Source of the DNA: Candidatus Kerfeldbacteria bacterium
GTDB taxonomy: Bacteria; Patescibacteriota; Patescibacteriia; UBA9570; XYC2-FULL-38-9
Assembly: GCA_043813585.1 (NCBI GenBank)
Contig: JBDRKW010000016.1
Coordinates: forward strand, 1-50,830
Direction of reading: 5' to 3'
Length of the DNA: 50,830 bases
Position 1 is the first letter of the stretch. Every line of letters begins with the position of its first letter. Shown here piece after piece: positions 36,174 through 44,793 of the stretch. Below the pieces are notes generated by a model, which saw nothing but the letters and a program-made list of their open reading frames with translations, was not told the origin of the DNA and did not search any database. The position numbers and the translations under genes were made by a program.

Positions 36174-37028
36174 CTACACAGCCGACCGCTCAGGCAGCGG
36201 GGCTGAAGGAGGAAGTGCGTGCGTACGCGGCGTACAGTGTACTCTGCCTTCTTCTGTAAAATCTATTCTCTCGGCATCCAGGATCGCGTAGTTTGCAATT
36301 AGCTGCGAGAGACGGCCTTCTTCTTCGAACGCCCCCTGTTCTTTCTCCAGTTCGGCCCGAATTTCTCTTCTGACCTCCTCACTATGATGAAGCTCTCTGT
36401 CCTCTTCCGGCACCACAATTTTCATCAGGGCTGCACAGTCCGCATAGATATTCCATTTCTTCCTTTGAAGCGCCGTTTCTACGCCCTGCACCAGCTCATT
36501 GAGTAGCTCTTCCGGTAACGCAATGTCACCGATCCTTGTCGGATCCAAAAGAACCAGGCATTTTATGTTACGTAGCTTACCGTAAGAAGAAGTATTTTCT
36601 TCCAGTATGAACTGAAGTGCATTGTCCCAGTCACCTGCGGTTATGCCCAATTCTTGCCGCTGCTCTGGTGCCATAGTCAACATAAATGCGGCGACGCGTG
36701 TGTACTGCACCCATTCGTTATTGTTGCGCAGCCGATCCAGGTGGTTCTTCCATTGCTGCCATCGCTCATTTTGGACTGGCGGTAGATATCGCGACAGTTA
36801 GTCCGGTAACTTGAGTTGAAGGAGATCAAATCCCGCGTGGTTAAGAGGTGATTCCATTCCAACAGGGTCGCTTTTCCAATAGCCGCGATAAAATGAATAC
36901 GCTTGCTGTAATTGATCCAATGTCAATTCAGTGTCAATATTGTACGGCTTGGTAGATTCCCCGGCTTCGGGAATGCCGATGATGTCGGCCGTTTTCGGTT
37001 GTGGTTCTTGTTGTCGGCGGAGTTTCAT
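36174..37028 (-). pseudogene. paralog of the upstream helical-repeat gene, interrupted by one in-frame TAA (36798..36800)
   Basis: Track ORFs 36798..37028 and 36174..36710 are in the same frame. The 29 codons between them are open, so a single TAA splits a 285-codon frame. N-terminus MKLRRQQ...IIGIPE and C-terminus PLPERSAV match the intact neighbour (MKLSRQP...VLGIPE, PLPERQAV). ATGA overlap with the neighbour's stop. Confidence 0.6.
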
Positions 37029-37861
37029 ACAGCTTGGCGTTCTGGGAGGGGTTGCCGCCCTTCAAGGGGTTTTTTCCTGGTTAGCATGAGTTTCCCGGCG
37101 GGTGAAATGCTGGCGTCATCGGCCGAAAGCACGGCAAGGCACTCCGCCAGCCGCATGAACAGTTCTGGTTCCCCTTTTCTCCTGGCTTCGAGGGCCTCAA
37201 GCAGGCCGCCCCAGTCGCTGTCGGTCATCGCTATCGCCCCCCTCATCTCCGGCTGGATGAGAAGGAACGGCGTTACCACCTGCGCGAACATCAGGTATGA
37301 CCCTTTCTCCCTGGTTTCATTGATGAGGCCGAGTATCCTCTTTTTTTCTCCCGTGGAAAGGCTCCTCTGTTTCCGTTCAGGCAGCGTAAACCTGGCGAGC
37401 ATGCGTACAGCCAGGTGCTCTATTACTTCATTAGTCGTGGGCAGCTTTTCCAAATCCGCCTCAAGCAGCGGCTGCATCTTTTCCCCGCTGCACCAGTACT
37501 CAAACTCCAGGTCATCTTTCCGTGTCTGGTCAAGCAGCAGCATCTGCATCACTTTTTCCTGGGTTGCAGGCGCTTTCTCTTCCCTGAACCGCAAGAGGGG
37601 GCCTATGGTTTTCCAAAAATCATCGCTTACCCCAAAGTCATGTGCTCTCCCCGGATCGATGATATGCGCAAACTCGCCGCAGTGACCAAGGGTTTTCGGA
37701 TTGTTCCTTTTCTCAGCATATTTGCGTACCCGCTTCCAGTCCTCCTCAGTGATTTCGGTGTCCGGGTTAAACGTGAACGTTTCGGCCTTTTGCTCCGGAA
37801 TGCCAAGCACTTCGGTCGCTTTCAACCGTCGTTCCTGGCCTGGTTGTCTACTGAGCTTCAT
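37025..37861 (-). CDS. hypothetical helical-repeat protein (intact copy of tandem pair)
   Basis: 278 aa. By eye, repeats of about 45 aa start with xTxxDW-like motifs (ITEEDWKR, VSDDFWKT, MTDSDWGG). I recognise no family. Backbone-like GC and no SD. Confidence 0.6.
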   Translation of the reverse strand: MKLSRQPGQERRLKATEVLGIPEQKAETFTFNPDTEITEEDWKRVRKYAEKRNNPKTLGHCGEFAHIIDPGRAHDFGVSDDFWKTIGPLLRFREEKAPATQEKVMQMLLLDQTRKDDLEFEYWCSGEKMQPLLEADLEKLPTTNEVIEHLAVRMLARFTLPERKQRSLSTGEKKRILGLINETREKGSYLMFAQVVTPFLLIQPEMRGAIAMTDSDWGGLLEALEARRKGEPELFMRLAECLAVLSADDASISPAGKLMLTRKKPLEGRQPLPERQAV

Positions 37862-37897
37862 GTGTTCACTCTAGCGGCAAGCGCGTGATACCGCAAG

Positions 37898-39142
37898 CTA
37901 TTTGCCCAGGTGCAGCTCGATTGCCATGAGGCGGTTGTACTTTGCGATGCGTTCTGACCGCGACAAGGAGCCGGTCTTGATGAAATCCGCATTGACTGCG
38001 ACTGCGAGGTCCGCGATTGTGGTGTCTTCCGTTTCGCCGGAACGGTGGGAGACGCTGACTTTGTACCCGTGTTCGCGCGCAAGGTTGATCGTGTCGATGG
38101 TTTCGGATAAGGAGCCAATCTGGTTCACTTTGATCAGGATGGCGTTGCCGACGTGCTTGTCGATCCCCTCCTGCAGGCGCTTGACGTTGGTGACGAACAG
38201 GTCGTCGCCCACCAGGGTGATCTTGTCGCCGAGTTTTTTCGTGTGCGTGACCCAGTTATCCCAGTCGTCTTCCGACAGCCCGTCTTCGATGGAGATAATC
38301 GCATACGGCTCGATCCACGAATCGTAGATATCGGTGAGTTCGTCTGCAGTGATCATTTTCTTGTCGAACTCGTACTTGCCATCCTTGAAGAATTCCGATG
38401 CTGCCGGGTCCATGGCGATTTTTACATCTTTGCCGAACTCGTAGCCGGCGTTTCCGACCGCTTCCTTGATGAGCTTCAACGCATCTTCGTTTGACCCGAG
38501 CTCGGGCGCGAACCCGCCTTCGTCGCCCACTGCGGTGGAACGGCCCTGTTCGTTGAGGACGTTCTTCAGCGCGTGGAATACCTCCGCGCCGATGCGGACG
38601 CGTTCTTTCAGTTCATCCGCCTGCGGGACCACCATGAACTCCTGGATATTCAGGTTGTTGTTGGCGTGCTGGCCGCCGTTGACAATGTTCATGGTCGGGT
38701 ACGGCATCACATAGTCGCTCGTGTCGATCCTGAAGGTGTCGTGGATATACTCATAGAGTTCCTTGCCCTGCGCTTTTGCCGCCGCCTGCGCGACTGCAAG
38801 CGAAACGCCCAGAATGGCGTTTGCACCCAGGTTGGATTTGTTTTCCGTCCCGTCGAGCTCCAGCATTGCGCTGTCGATTGCGCGCTGGTCTTCCACCTCC
38901 ATGTCCTGGATGGCCGGAAATATCTTTGAATTGACGTTATCGCATGCCTTCAGCACGCCTTTGCCGTTGTAGCGCTTTTCGTCTTCATCGCGCAGCTCCA
39001 GCGCCTCGTGGACGCCTGTGGATGCGCCTGACGGCACCATTGCCTCTGCTGTTGTCCCGTCCTCCAGTATTGCGCGGACCGCAACAGTCGGGTTGCCGCG
39101 GGAATCCAGGACCTCGCGGGCATGTAATGATTGTAATTTCAT
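37898..39142 (-). CDS. eno: enolase
   Basis: The track start is a TTG at 39163. The ATG at 39142 gives [22 protein letters not shown]. Further motifs: [29 protein letters not shown]. Confidence 0.95.
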   Translation of the reverse strand: MKLQSLHAREVLDSRGNPTVAVRAILEDGTTAEAMVPSGASTGVHEALELRDEDEKRYNGKGVLKACDNVNSKIFPAIQDMEVEDQRAIDSAMLELDGTENKSNLGANAILGVSLAVAQAAAKAQGKELYEYIHDTFRIDTSDYVMPYPTMNIVNGGQHANNNLNIQEFMVVPQADELKERVRIGAEVFHALKNVLNEQGRSTAVGDEGGFAPELGSNEDALKLIKEAVGNAGYEFGKDVKIAMDPAASEFFKDGKYEFDKKMITADELTDIYDSWIEPYAIISIEDGLSEDDWDNWVTHTKKLGDKITLVGDDLFVTNVKRLQEGIDKHVGNAILIKVNQIGSLSETIDTINLAREHGYKVSVSHRSGETEDTTIADLAVAVNADFIKTGSLSRSERIAKYNRLMAIELHLGK

Positions 39143-39170
39143 GGTCAGATCGTTATTAATCAACCGTGGT

Positions 39171-39179
39171 ATTATAGCA
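39171..39179 (-). promoter_or_regulatory. extended -10 promoter (TGcTATAAT) for eno
   Basis: Minus strand TGCTATAAT, 28 nt upstream of the ATG at 39142 and 7 nt upstream of the TTG at 39163. Confidence 0.4.
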
Positions 39180-39262
39180 AATTCCGCGCCAGTGTGTTGA
39201 CAAGAATGGTTAAATCCCCCATTTTAAGGCCTGCACCCTACAAAAACACGGAGGAATTTGTG

Positions 39263-39874
39263 ATGACGGATATCGCATGCTGGCCCGAGAGCGAGGCCGG
39301 CGTCGTCCACGCCATCCTGCTCTGCATGACCGGCGGCCTTGAGTCCCCGGCAGAACTGGCTGTTGAATTCCAGCGGGGATTCCCAAATTACTTCGACGTC
39401 TACTGCATGCGCGAAGACCTCGTACTGGTCGAGTCCACCGCCAAGTGGACGCGGTCAAACCCTGTCGCCAGCGCGTCGAACCGATGCATGGCATCGGCGC
39501 TTCCAAAGCGCTGCCAGCCGTTCCGGTTCCGCATGCATGAGCGCAGTTTGGAGTACTGCCCCCCTCACTCCAGCGGCAGGGCCATCCGATGCGACTATGA
39601 AAGCCTGCCGTCGCGCGTGGGCGCGCTCGCGGTATGCATGTTGAAACCGCAGTTCCTGGATGATTTCGCGCTCCAGATCCAGGATCAGCACACGCGTGAC
39701 CCGAGGATCGTCATCGACTGCCACCCGCGCGACAAAGTCCGGTTCCTCAACGGACTGATCTACCCGTTCCATCACCAGCAGCATTCCTGCAAAGCCGCAG
39801 TGGCCGCGCTGCTCGGCGTGGCGCCACACCTGCTCAAGGTCGAGGTCGTGACGCAAAAAAAACCCAATGCATAA
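39263..39874 (+). CDS. GC-rich, Cys-rich hypothetical protein inserted between eno and pgk
   Basis: The track ORF starts at a GTG (39194). The ATG at 39263 follows GGAGG by 7 nt. 203 aa with 10 Cys. Third codon positions are overwhelmingly G/C in this frame. The overlapping minus-strand ORFs are in two different frames and do not join. Confidence 0.6.
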   Translation: MTDIACWPESEAGVVHAILLCMTGGLESPAELAVEFQRGFPNYFDVYCMREDLVLVESTAKWTRSNPVASASNRCMASALPKRCQPFRFRMHERSLEYCPPHSSGRAIRCDYESLPSRVGALAVCMLKPQFLDDFALQIQDQHTRDPRIVIDCHPRDKVRFLNGLIYPFHHQQHSCKAAVAALLGVAPHLLKVEVVTQKKPNA

Positions 39875-39903
39875 GATGGGCGCTGCTGCGGGTTCTTTTT
39901 TTA
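39855..39903. terminator. weak candidate bidirectional terminator between the GC-rich ORF and pgk
   Basis: A8CCC ... GGGTTCT7: AACCC (39861..39865) pairs with GGGTT (39891..39895) around a 25-nt loop, with A/T runs on both sides. The stem is short and the loop long, hence low confidence. Confidence 0.3.
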
Positions 39904-41142
39904 TTCCAATGCCATCAGGCCGGGCAGCTCGTTGCCCGCCAGATAGGTCAGCGAGGCGCCGCCGCCGGTGGATGCATGTGAATACCTGCCTTTCAGGCCG
40001 AACTTTTCGGTAACAACTTCCGTGTCCCCGCCGCCAAGCACGGCATATCCTTTTGAGTTTGCAATCGCTTCCGCGACCGCTTTGGAGCCGGCCGCGTATT
40101 CATCCATTTCAAACAGCCCCAGCGGGCCGTTCCAGAAGATGGAATTCGCATGGCCCAATATCTGCGCATATAATTCGCGTGTTTTCGGTCCAATGTCCAA
40201 GAACATCCAATCCTGCGGCATTTCGTCCTTGCCGATCTCGATCACTTTGGTCTCCGCTCCTTCTTCCCTGCTGGATGCGGCAATACAGTCCAAAGGCGTC
40301 ACGATCTTCGGCAGCGGGTCGCCGTTCGGCAATGTCATGCCCATCTGCGGCTTCTCGCCCTGGAATTTTGTCCAGATTTCCAGCGCGACGCTGCTGAAGT
40401 CCACCTCTTCTCCGTCCTTCTTGTCTTCCACTTTGCTGGCGCCGATGCCCATGCCCATGGCTTTCATGAATGCGTTTGCCACGCCGCCACCGGTAAGGAT
40501 CACGTCTGCTTTGGGAGCGAGGTTGCGGATGACGTCCACTTTGTCCGATATCTTGATTCCGCCGATGACAACCGCGAGCGGTTTTTCCGGGTTCTTGGCG
40601 ATGCGGTCGAGCGCTTCGATCTCTTCCTGGATCAAAAACCCGATTCCTTTGTCAAAAACCAAAGATGGAAGCGCGAACGTGGATGCATGCTTCCGGTGCA
40701 CAACGCCGAATGCGTCTGTGATGTAGACATCGATTCCGAGCGCCAGTTTTTCCGCAAAATGTAGATCGTTCTCTTCTTCCTGCGGGTAGAAGCGCAAATT
40801 CTCCAGCAACAGCATGTCGCCCGGCTTCATCGCGGCTTTCACCTCTTCCGCTTCTTTCCCCACGCAGTCATCAACATATTTCACTTCCTGGCCGAGGTAA
40901 TCGCTCAAACGCTGCGCCACCGGCTTCATGCGGAGCTCTTCCACCACTTTGCCGTCAGGCCGGCCCAGGTGGGATGCCAGCACGACCATGCACTGCTTCT
41001 CCAGCAGGTATTCGATTGTCGGGAGCGCGGCTTTGATGCGGCCGTCTTCGGTGATGTCCTGGTTTTCGTCCATTGGTACGTTAAAATCGACGCGCAGGAA
41101 CACGGTCTGTTTACGCAGCGGGATGTCGCGGATCGTTTTCAT
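39901..41142 (-). CDS. pgk: phosphoglycerate kinase
   Basis: 413 aa. VFLRVDFNVP, ASHLGRP, GGGDT and STGGGASL motifs. Starts 6 nt after the histidine kinase stop. Confidence 0.95.
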   Translation of the reverse strand: MKTIRDIPLRKQTVFLRVDFNVPMDENQDITEDGRIKAALPTIEYLLEKQCMVVLASHLGRPDGKVVEELRMKPVAQRLSDYLGQEVKYVDDCVGKEAEEVKAAMKPGDMLLLENLRFYPQEEENDLHFAEKLALGIDVYITDAFGVVHRKHASTFALPSLVFDKGIGFLIQEEIEALDRIAKNPEKPLAVVIGGIKISDKVDVIRNLAPKADVILTGGGVANAFMKAMGMGIGASKVEDKKDGEEVDFSSVALEIWTKFQGEKPQMGMTLPNGDPLPKIVTPLDCIAASSREEGAETKVIEIGKDEMPQDWMFLDIGPKTRELYAQILGHANSIFWNGPLGLFEMDEYAAGSKAVAEAIANSKGYAVLGGGDTEVVTEKFGLKGRYSHASTGGGASLTYLAGNELPGLMALE

Positions 41143-41148
41143 AGTGTC

Positions 41149-43500
41149 TTACTTCGCTTTCTTTTCGTTCTTCTTCTTCATTGCTTCAATTCTTGCATCT
41201 TTCTTTCTTGCCCGGTCTGCGAATTCTTTTGCTTTCTTTTGTGCTTTTTTATCTGCCGAAATTGGAATGGAAAAGCTGAATATCGAACCTTTGCCTTCGC
41301 CTTCCGATTCAGCCCAGACCTTGCCGCCGTGCTCTTCCGTGATCTTTTTGGCGATGAACAAGCCAAGGCCGGAACCGCTCGGGTCAACGCGCGCAATGCC
41401 GGAACCGCGGACAAACTTGCTGAACAGGTTCTTTGCCTCTCCTTTTGCTATACCGACGCCGGTGTCCTGCACGTGGACGGAAATATGCTTCCCGTCCGGC
41501 TGATCCCCCCATACTGTTACGGTGCCATTTGGCGAGTATTTGATGGCGTTATCGATCAGGTTGAGGATAACGTCTTTGATCTTGTCGTTGTCCACTTCCA
41601 CTTCAGGGAGTTCTGACGGTTTGATGACGAGGTTGACGCCGTGCTTTTCTGCTGTCGGCTTCAGTTCTTTGTATACGGATTCGATTGTTTCGAAGAACGG
41701 CACCATCTTGTAGTTCATGACAAAGCGGCCCGCCTCGATGCGCGTGACATTGAGGAAGACGTTGACCATGCGGATCAGGCGCTGGGTGGCGTCCAGGATG
41801 TCCTTAATGACCGGGTCCTGCTGTTTGGGCACTTTGCCGTAGTCGCCCGAATCGATCATGGACAGGTAGCCGATAATGCCTGCAAGCGGGGTACGCAGCT
41901 GATGCGATGCGATGGACATGAACTCTGATTTGGCCTGGTCCAGTTCGCGCAGTTTGGCGTTTGCTTTCTGCAGGTCAGCTGTTGCCTTGTCCACTTCGCG
42001 CTGCAGGGTGATGGCGAATTCCTTCTGTTCCTGGTACAAACGCGCTTTTTCGATGCCGGATGCGACTTGTGGGCTGATGACTTCCAGGAGCTGGATATCG
42101 CGAACGGAGAACGCTTCGCCAGATTTCTTTTTTGTCAGAAGCAGTACGGCTACAAGCTTATTCTTTGTGGAGACAGGCACCGCGACATGGCCTTCGATTT
42201 CTTCGAGATGCGAGCGAATTGCCTCATACCGTTTGCGGTTTTTCGGAGTTTCAGCGTTTGAAACCTGCATGTCGAGCTCATCAAGAATGATTGGATCGTC
42301 TGTATGTAAAAGCTCTTTAATAAGGGGCGACTTGCGGGATAGAGTGCGGTGCTTTGATGCCTTTTTTTGCCTTGATGCGAGCTCTTCTGGTTCAATAAAT
42401 AATTCCTCTCCAACAGGTAAAAGGATTGTTGCGTGCTCAACACGCAATCCGTCTTCGAGATCCGCGGTAAAATGTTTTACTAAATCACCAAGCTCGATTT
42501 CCTCATTAATAATATCTGTAAGTCGTTTCGTTACTACTGGATATTCAATTGCAGCTTTGAAAAATATTTTGTCGGTTAATCGTGCCAAAAGTTTTTTTAA
42601 AGGCTCTAATAATACTACGACTAGCACCGATGCTAAAGCAATCACTAGTAGTTGTCCGAGTTGCGTTGTACTAAGTACCAGAGTTGCACTTAAGTAAATA
42701 ATCGCAACAAAGAAACCTGTTACTAGAAAAACTAACGTAGCGTATACTAATGCGCGTGTAACAACCGTTCGTATATCAAGAAATCTATAGCGGATAATAG
42801 ATATCGTCGTAAAACCTATTAAGAAAATTGTAGAAGCTGGGCCAAAGATACTGTATTGCGCAACATGCAAAATGACCAGTACGAGATTTGTTGCCACAGC
42901 AAATATTGCTGTCAGGATTACTCCTAACAACATGAATTTTATTTGTTGCCTACGTAATCCACCTGATTCTCTAAATTTGATTATTAAATTAGTAAATAGA
43001 ATAATAAGGTTAAGAATGATATAGAGAAATAAGTATGTATATAGAAAACCTGCAAAAGGCTCTGTTCCCCAATCATGAATAATTACACTTTCCAAATTAT
43101 ATTTTGTTGGAAATAATACCAAAATCGGAAGTTCGAGAATCAATAGAAATATTGCGTATTTTTTTATAGAAGCTCTACTTCTATACGGAAATAAGAAAGA
43201 AAAAATACCTAGAAAATAAAATGCGAGTGATGGCCCGAGGATCGCTGCGCGTGTCCAGAATAAAGCAATATCATAGTCTTTGCTGGTATCCGCGAAATAT
43301 AGACAAAGCACCCAAAGTGCAAGGGAAAAAATAAAAAGGCAAAAAATTCGATTAACACTATTCCGTGAAGCACGGGAAATTACAAAAATACCTATTAATA
43401 TTAAGAAAATAAAAAGGGGAATATAGTAAAATGCGACACTCATGACTACAATGATACTTGACAAGTTGCTATTTTTATGTATATTTATGATACCAAACAT
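41149..43500 (-). CDS. sensor histidine kinase with N-terminal 7TM-type sensor and GAF-like domain
   Basis: 783 aa. Multi-pass N-terminus ending in IIRYRFLDIRT. GAF-like middle region. H-box FMSIASHQLRTPL, N-box LNLIDNAIKYS, G-boxes QDTGVGI and GSGLGL. Lys-rich tail. No response regulator in the window. Confidence 0.85.
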   Translation of the reverse strand: MFGIINIHKNSNLSSIIVVMSVAFYYIPLFIFLILIGIFVISRASRNSVNRIFCLFIFSLALWVLCLYFADTSKDYDIALFWTRAAILGPSLAFYFLGIFSFLFPYRSRASIKKYAIFLLILELPILVLFPTKYNLESVIIHDWGTEPFAGFLYTYLFLYIILNLIILFTNLIIKFRESGGLRRQQIKFMLLGVILTAIFAVATNLVLVILHVAQYSIFGPASTIFLIGFTTISIIRYRFLDIRTVVTRALVYATLVFLVTGFFVAIIYLSATLVLSTTQLGQLLVIALASVLVVVLLEPLKKLLARLTDKIFFKAAIEYPVVTKRLTDIINEEIELGDLVKHFTADLEDGLRVEHATILLPVGEELFIEPEELASRQKKASKHRTLSRKSPLIKELLHTDDPIILDELDMQVSNAETPKNRKRYEAIRSHLEEIEGHVAVPVSTKNKLVAVLLLTKKKSGEAFSVRDIQLLEVISPQVASGIEKARLYQEQKEFAITLQREVDKATADLQKANAKLRELDQAKSEFMSIASHQLRTPLAGIIGYLSMIDSGDYGKVPKQQDPVIKDILDATQRLIRMVNVFLNVTRIEAGRFVMNYKMVPFFETIESVYKELKPTAEKHGVNLVIKPSELPEVEVDNDKIKDVILNLIDNAIKYSPNGTVTVWGDQPDGKHISVHVQDTGVGIAKGEAKNLFSKFVRGSGIARVDPSGSGLGLFIAKKITEEHGGKVWAESEGEGKGSIFSFSIPISADKKAQKKAKEFADRARKKDARIEAMKKKNEKKAK

Positions 43501-43507
43501 CTTGGAA

Positions 43508-43535
43508 AATCGCTAGCCCTAGCAGTGCAGCGATT
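43508..43535. promoter_or_regulatory. nested palindrome in the 50-nt divergent intergenic region
   Basis: AATCGCT (43508..43514) pairs with AGCGATT (43529..43535). The inner palindrome is GCTAG-CC-CTAGC (43512..43523). A TACAAT -10-like box for the kinase gene overlaps at 43539..43534 (minus strand). Confidence 0.35.
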
Positions 43536-43550
43536 GTAGCGGAGGAAAAA

Positions 43551-44132
43551 ATGATGTTACGGTTCATCATCAGCATCATTCGAGGCATCTTCGTAGGTGC
43601 AAAGTTTGATCGAGACTACCGTCTCTCATCCAATGAAATTCTGGATGACGAAGTGGTCAGTGAGCAAGCTTGGCGAGAATACGAAGCGGGCTTCGCTGGC
43701 CAACGAAAGCGCTACCCTCACGATCAGATCAATTATGACCATGCTGACTTCGTGGCAGCCATGACTGACAATCGCCTTCTGAAGATGGTTTTTCACTTCA
43801 GAGAACAGCCGATTGCTTTCGCGATCGTCGCTAAACCAGGTCACGCTGATCTTGCTCAATGGGTTGCTCCAACATCATTCGGTAACCCGAGTGACGTTGG
43901 GTACCTAACAGTCCTCTACGTATATCGTAGTGCCGCGTCGATTGGAAACGGACGTAGGTTCGTTCGATATATAGTACGTGAGCTGGGTACAAAATACCCG
44001 AACAAGGTGTTCGGGTTCGACATTGCCAGCGGCAAGAAGATGCTGGCCCGAATGATTCAACTGGAAGCATTCTTCCAGGGGTACATCATGCGGTATATCG
44101 GTTCTCAGGATTACTATCGCATTCAATCCTAA
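43551..44132 (+). CDS. hypothetical protein, possibly GNAT-like acyltransferase
   Basis: 193 aa. Strong SD (GGAGGAAAAA then ATG). Weak GNAT-like segment YLTVLYVYRSAASIGNGRRFVRYIVREL. Mid-range GC, unlike its AT-rich surroundings. Confidence 0.4.
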   Translation: MMLRFIISIIRGIFVGAKFDRDYRLSSNEILDDEVVSEQAWREYEAGFAGQRKRYPHDQINYDHADFVAAMTDNRLLKMVFHFREQPIAFAIVAKPGHADLAQWVAPTSFGNPSDVGYLTVLYVYRSAASIGNGRRFVRYIVRELGTKYPNKVFGFDIASGKKMLARMIQLEAFFQGYIMRYIGSQDYYRIQS

Positions 44133-44145
44133 GTTCCGATTTTTT

Positions 44146-44553
44146 TTATTTTCTTAAATTTGTATGAAGGATATAATTTTCAGTCTTAAAAAATTTCTTG
44201 GAGGTTTCGACAACTACGTTAACGTCATAAAATTTACAGCTAAATATATCCATATAAACAGCATCGCTTTCATTCGCAAAATGCCCTGATACTAGTGACG
44301 ACTCGATAAGTTGAACCATTGAATAGCCATGAACTCTAGGATCATCACCAAATTCAACGATTTTAGTGTCTTCAAATCGTTTCACACCAAGCCTATCACA
44401 CAATTCATGTGTATAATTTCTGATGTTTTCTTCATCACGTAATAATTCTGGTTCGCAGCCATAAAGGTCGATACTCGTATAAAGGCCCCATGCGCCCGTC
44501 TCATCATATTCATCCTTCGAATAAATTTTATCACACCTCGGAGTACTGTCCAT
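44146..44553 (-). CDS. S-adenosylmethionine decarboxylase-like pyruvoyl proenzyme (SpeH/SpeD class 1 related)
   Basis: 135 aa. LYGC, then the self-cleavage-type motif LIESSLVSGHF and the downstream DIFSCK, as in small AdoMetDC proenzymes. AT-rich. Confidence 0.6.
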   Translation of the reverse strand: MDSTPRCDKIYSKDEYDETGAWGLYTSIDLYGCEPELLRDEENIRNYTHELCDRLGVKRFEDTKIVEFGDDPRVHGYSMVQLIESSLVSGHFANESDAVYMDIFSCKFYDVNVVVETSKKFFKTENYILHTNLRK

Positions 44554-44793
44554 AAGAGATAAATAATATTTATAACTTACGGCATAATACCAAATATATA
44601 GATTTTACACAATACAAACTAGCGTTTAAAAAACTCAGGCACGCCGGAATCGTTTAATCTTTGCGTGTGACTCTATTATTATCTTCTACAAATTCAATGC
44701 TCTAATAAAATTAAAAAAATGAAATGTAGGCCACAAAAAATAGATATCTGTCTGAATAGCGCAAAATAATGAAACGCTCATATTATATATTTC

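Noticed and set aside
36677-36862. 61-aa minus-strand ORF bridging the two halves of the interrupted paralog, considered as evidence for a frameshift
   Set aside because: The two halves are actually in the same frame, separated by a single TAA. The bridging ORF is in another frame and shows no similarity to the intact paralog.
39210-39856. Minus-strand ORFs 39455..39856 and 39210..39506, which would keep the pgk-eno strand orientation
   Set aside because: They lie in two different frames and do not join. G/C third-position bias is strong in the plus-strand frame starting at 39263, which also has a GGAGG SD.
39968-40726. 252-aa plus-strand ORF, and similar long antisense ORFs at 10631..11302, 13011..13805, 36912..37685 and 41912..42697
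   Set aside because: Each is antisense to a gene with clear family signatures (pgk, uppP, the membrane and MPE genes, the helical-repeat gene, the kinase). All are Ser-rich antisense-type translations.
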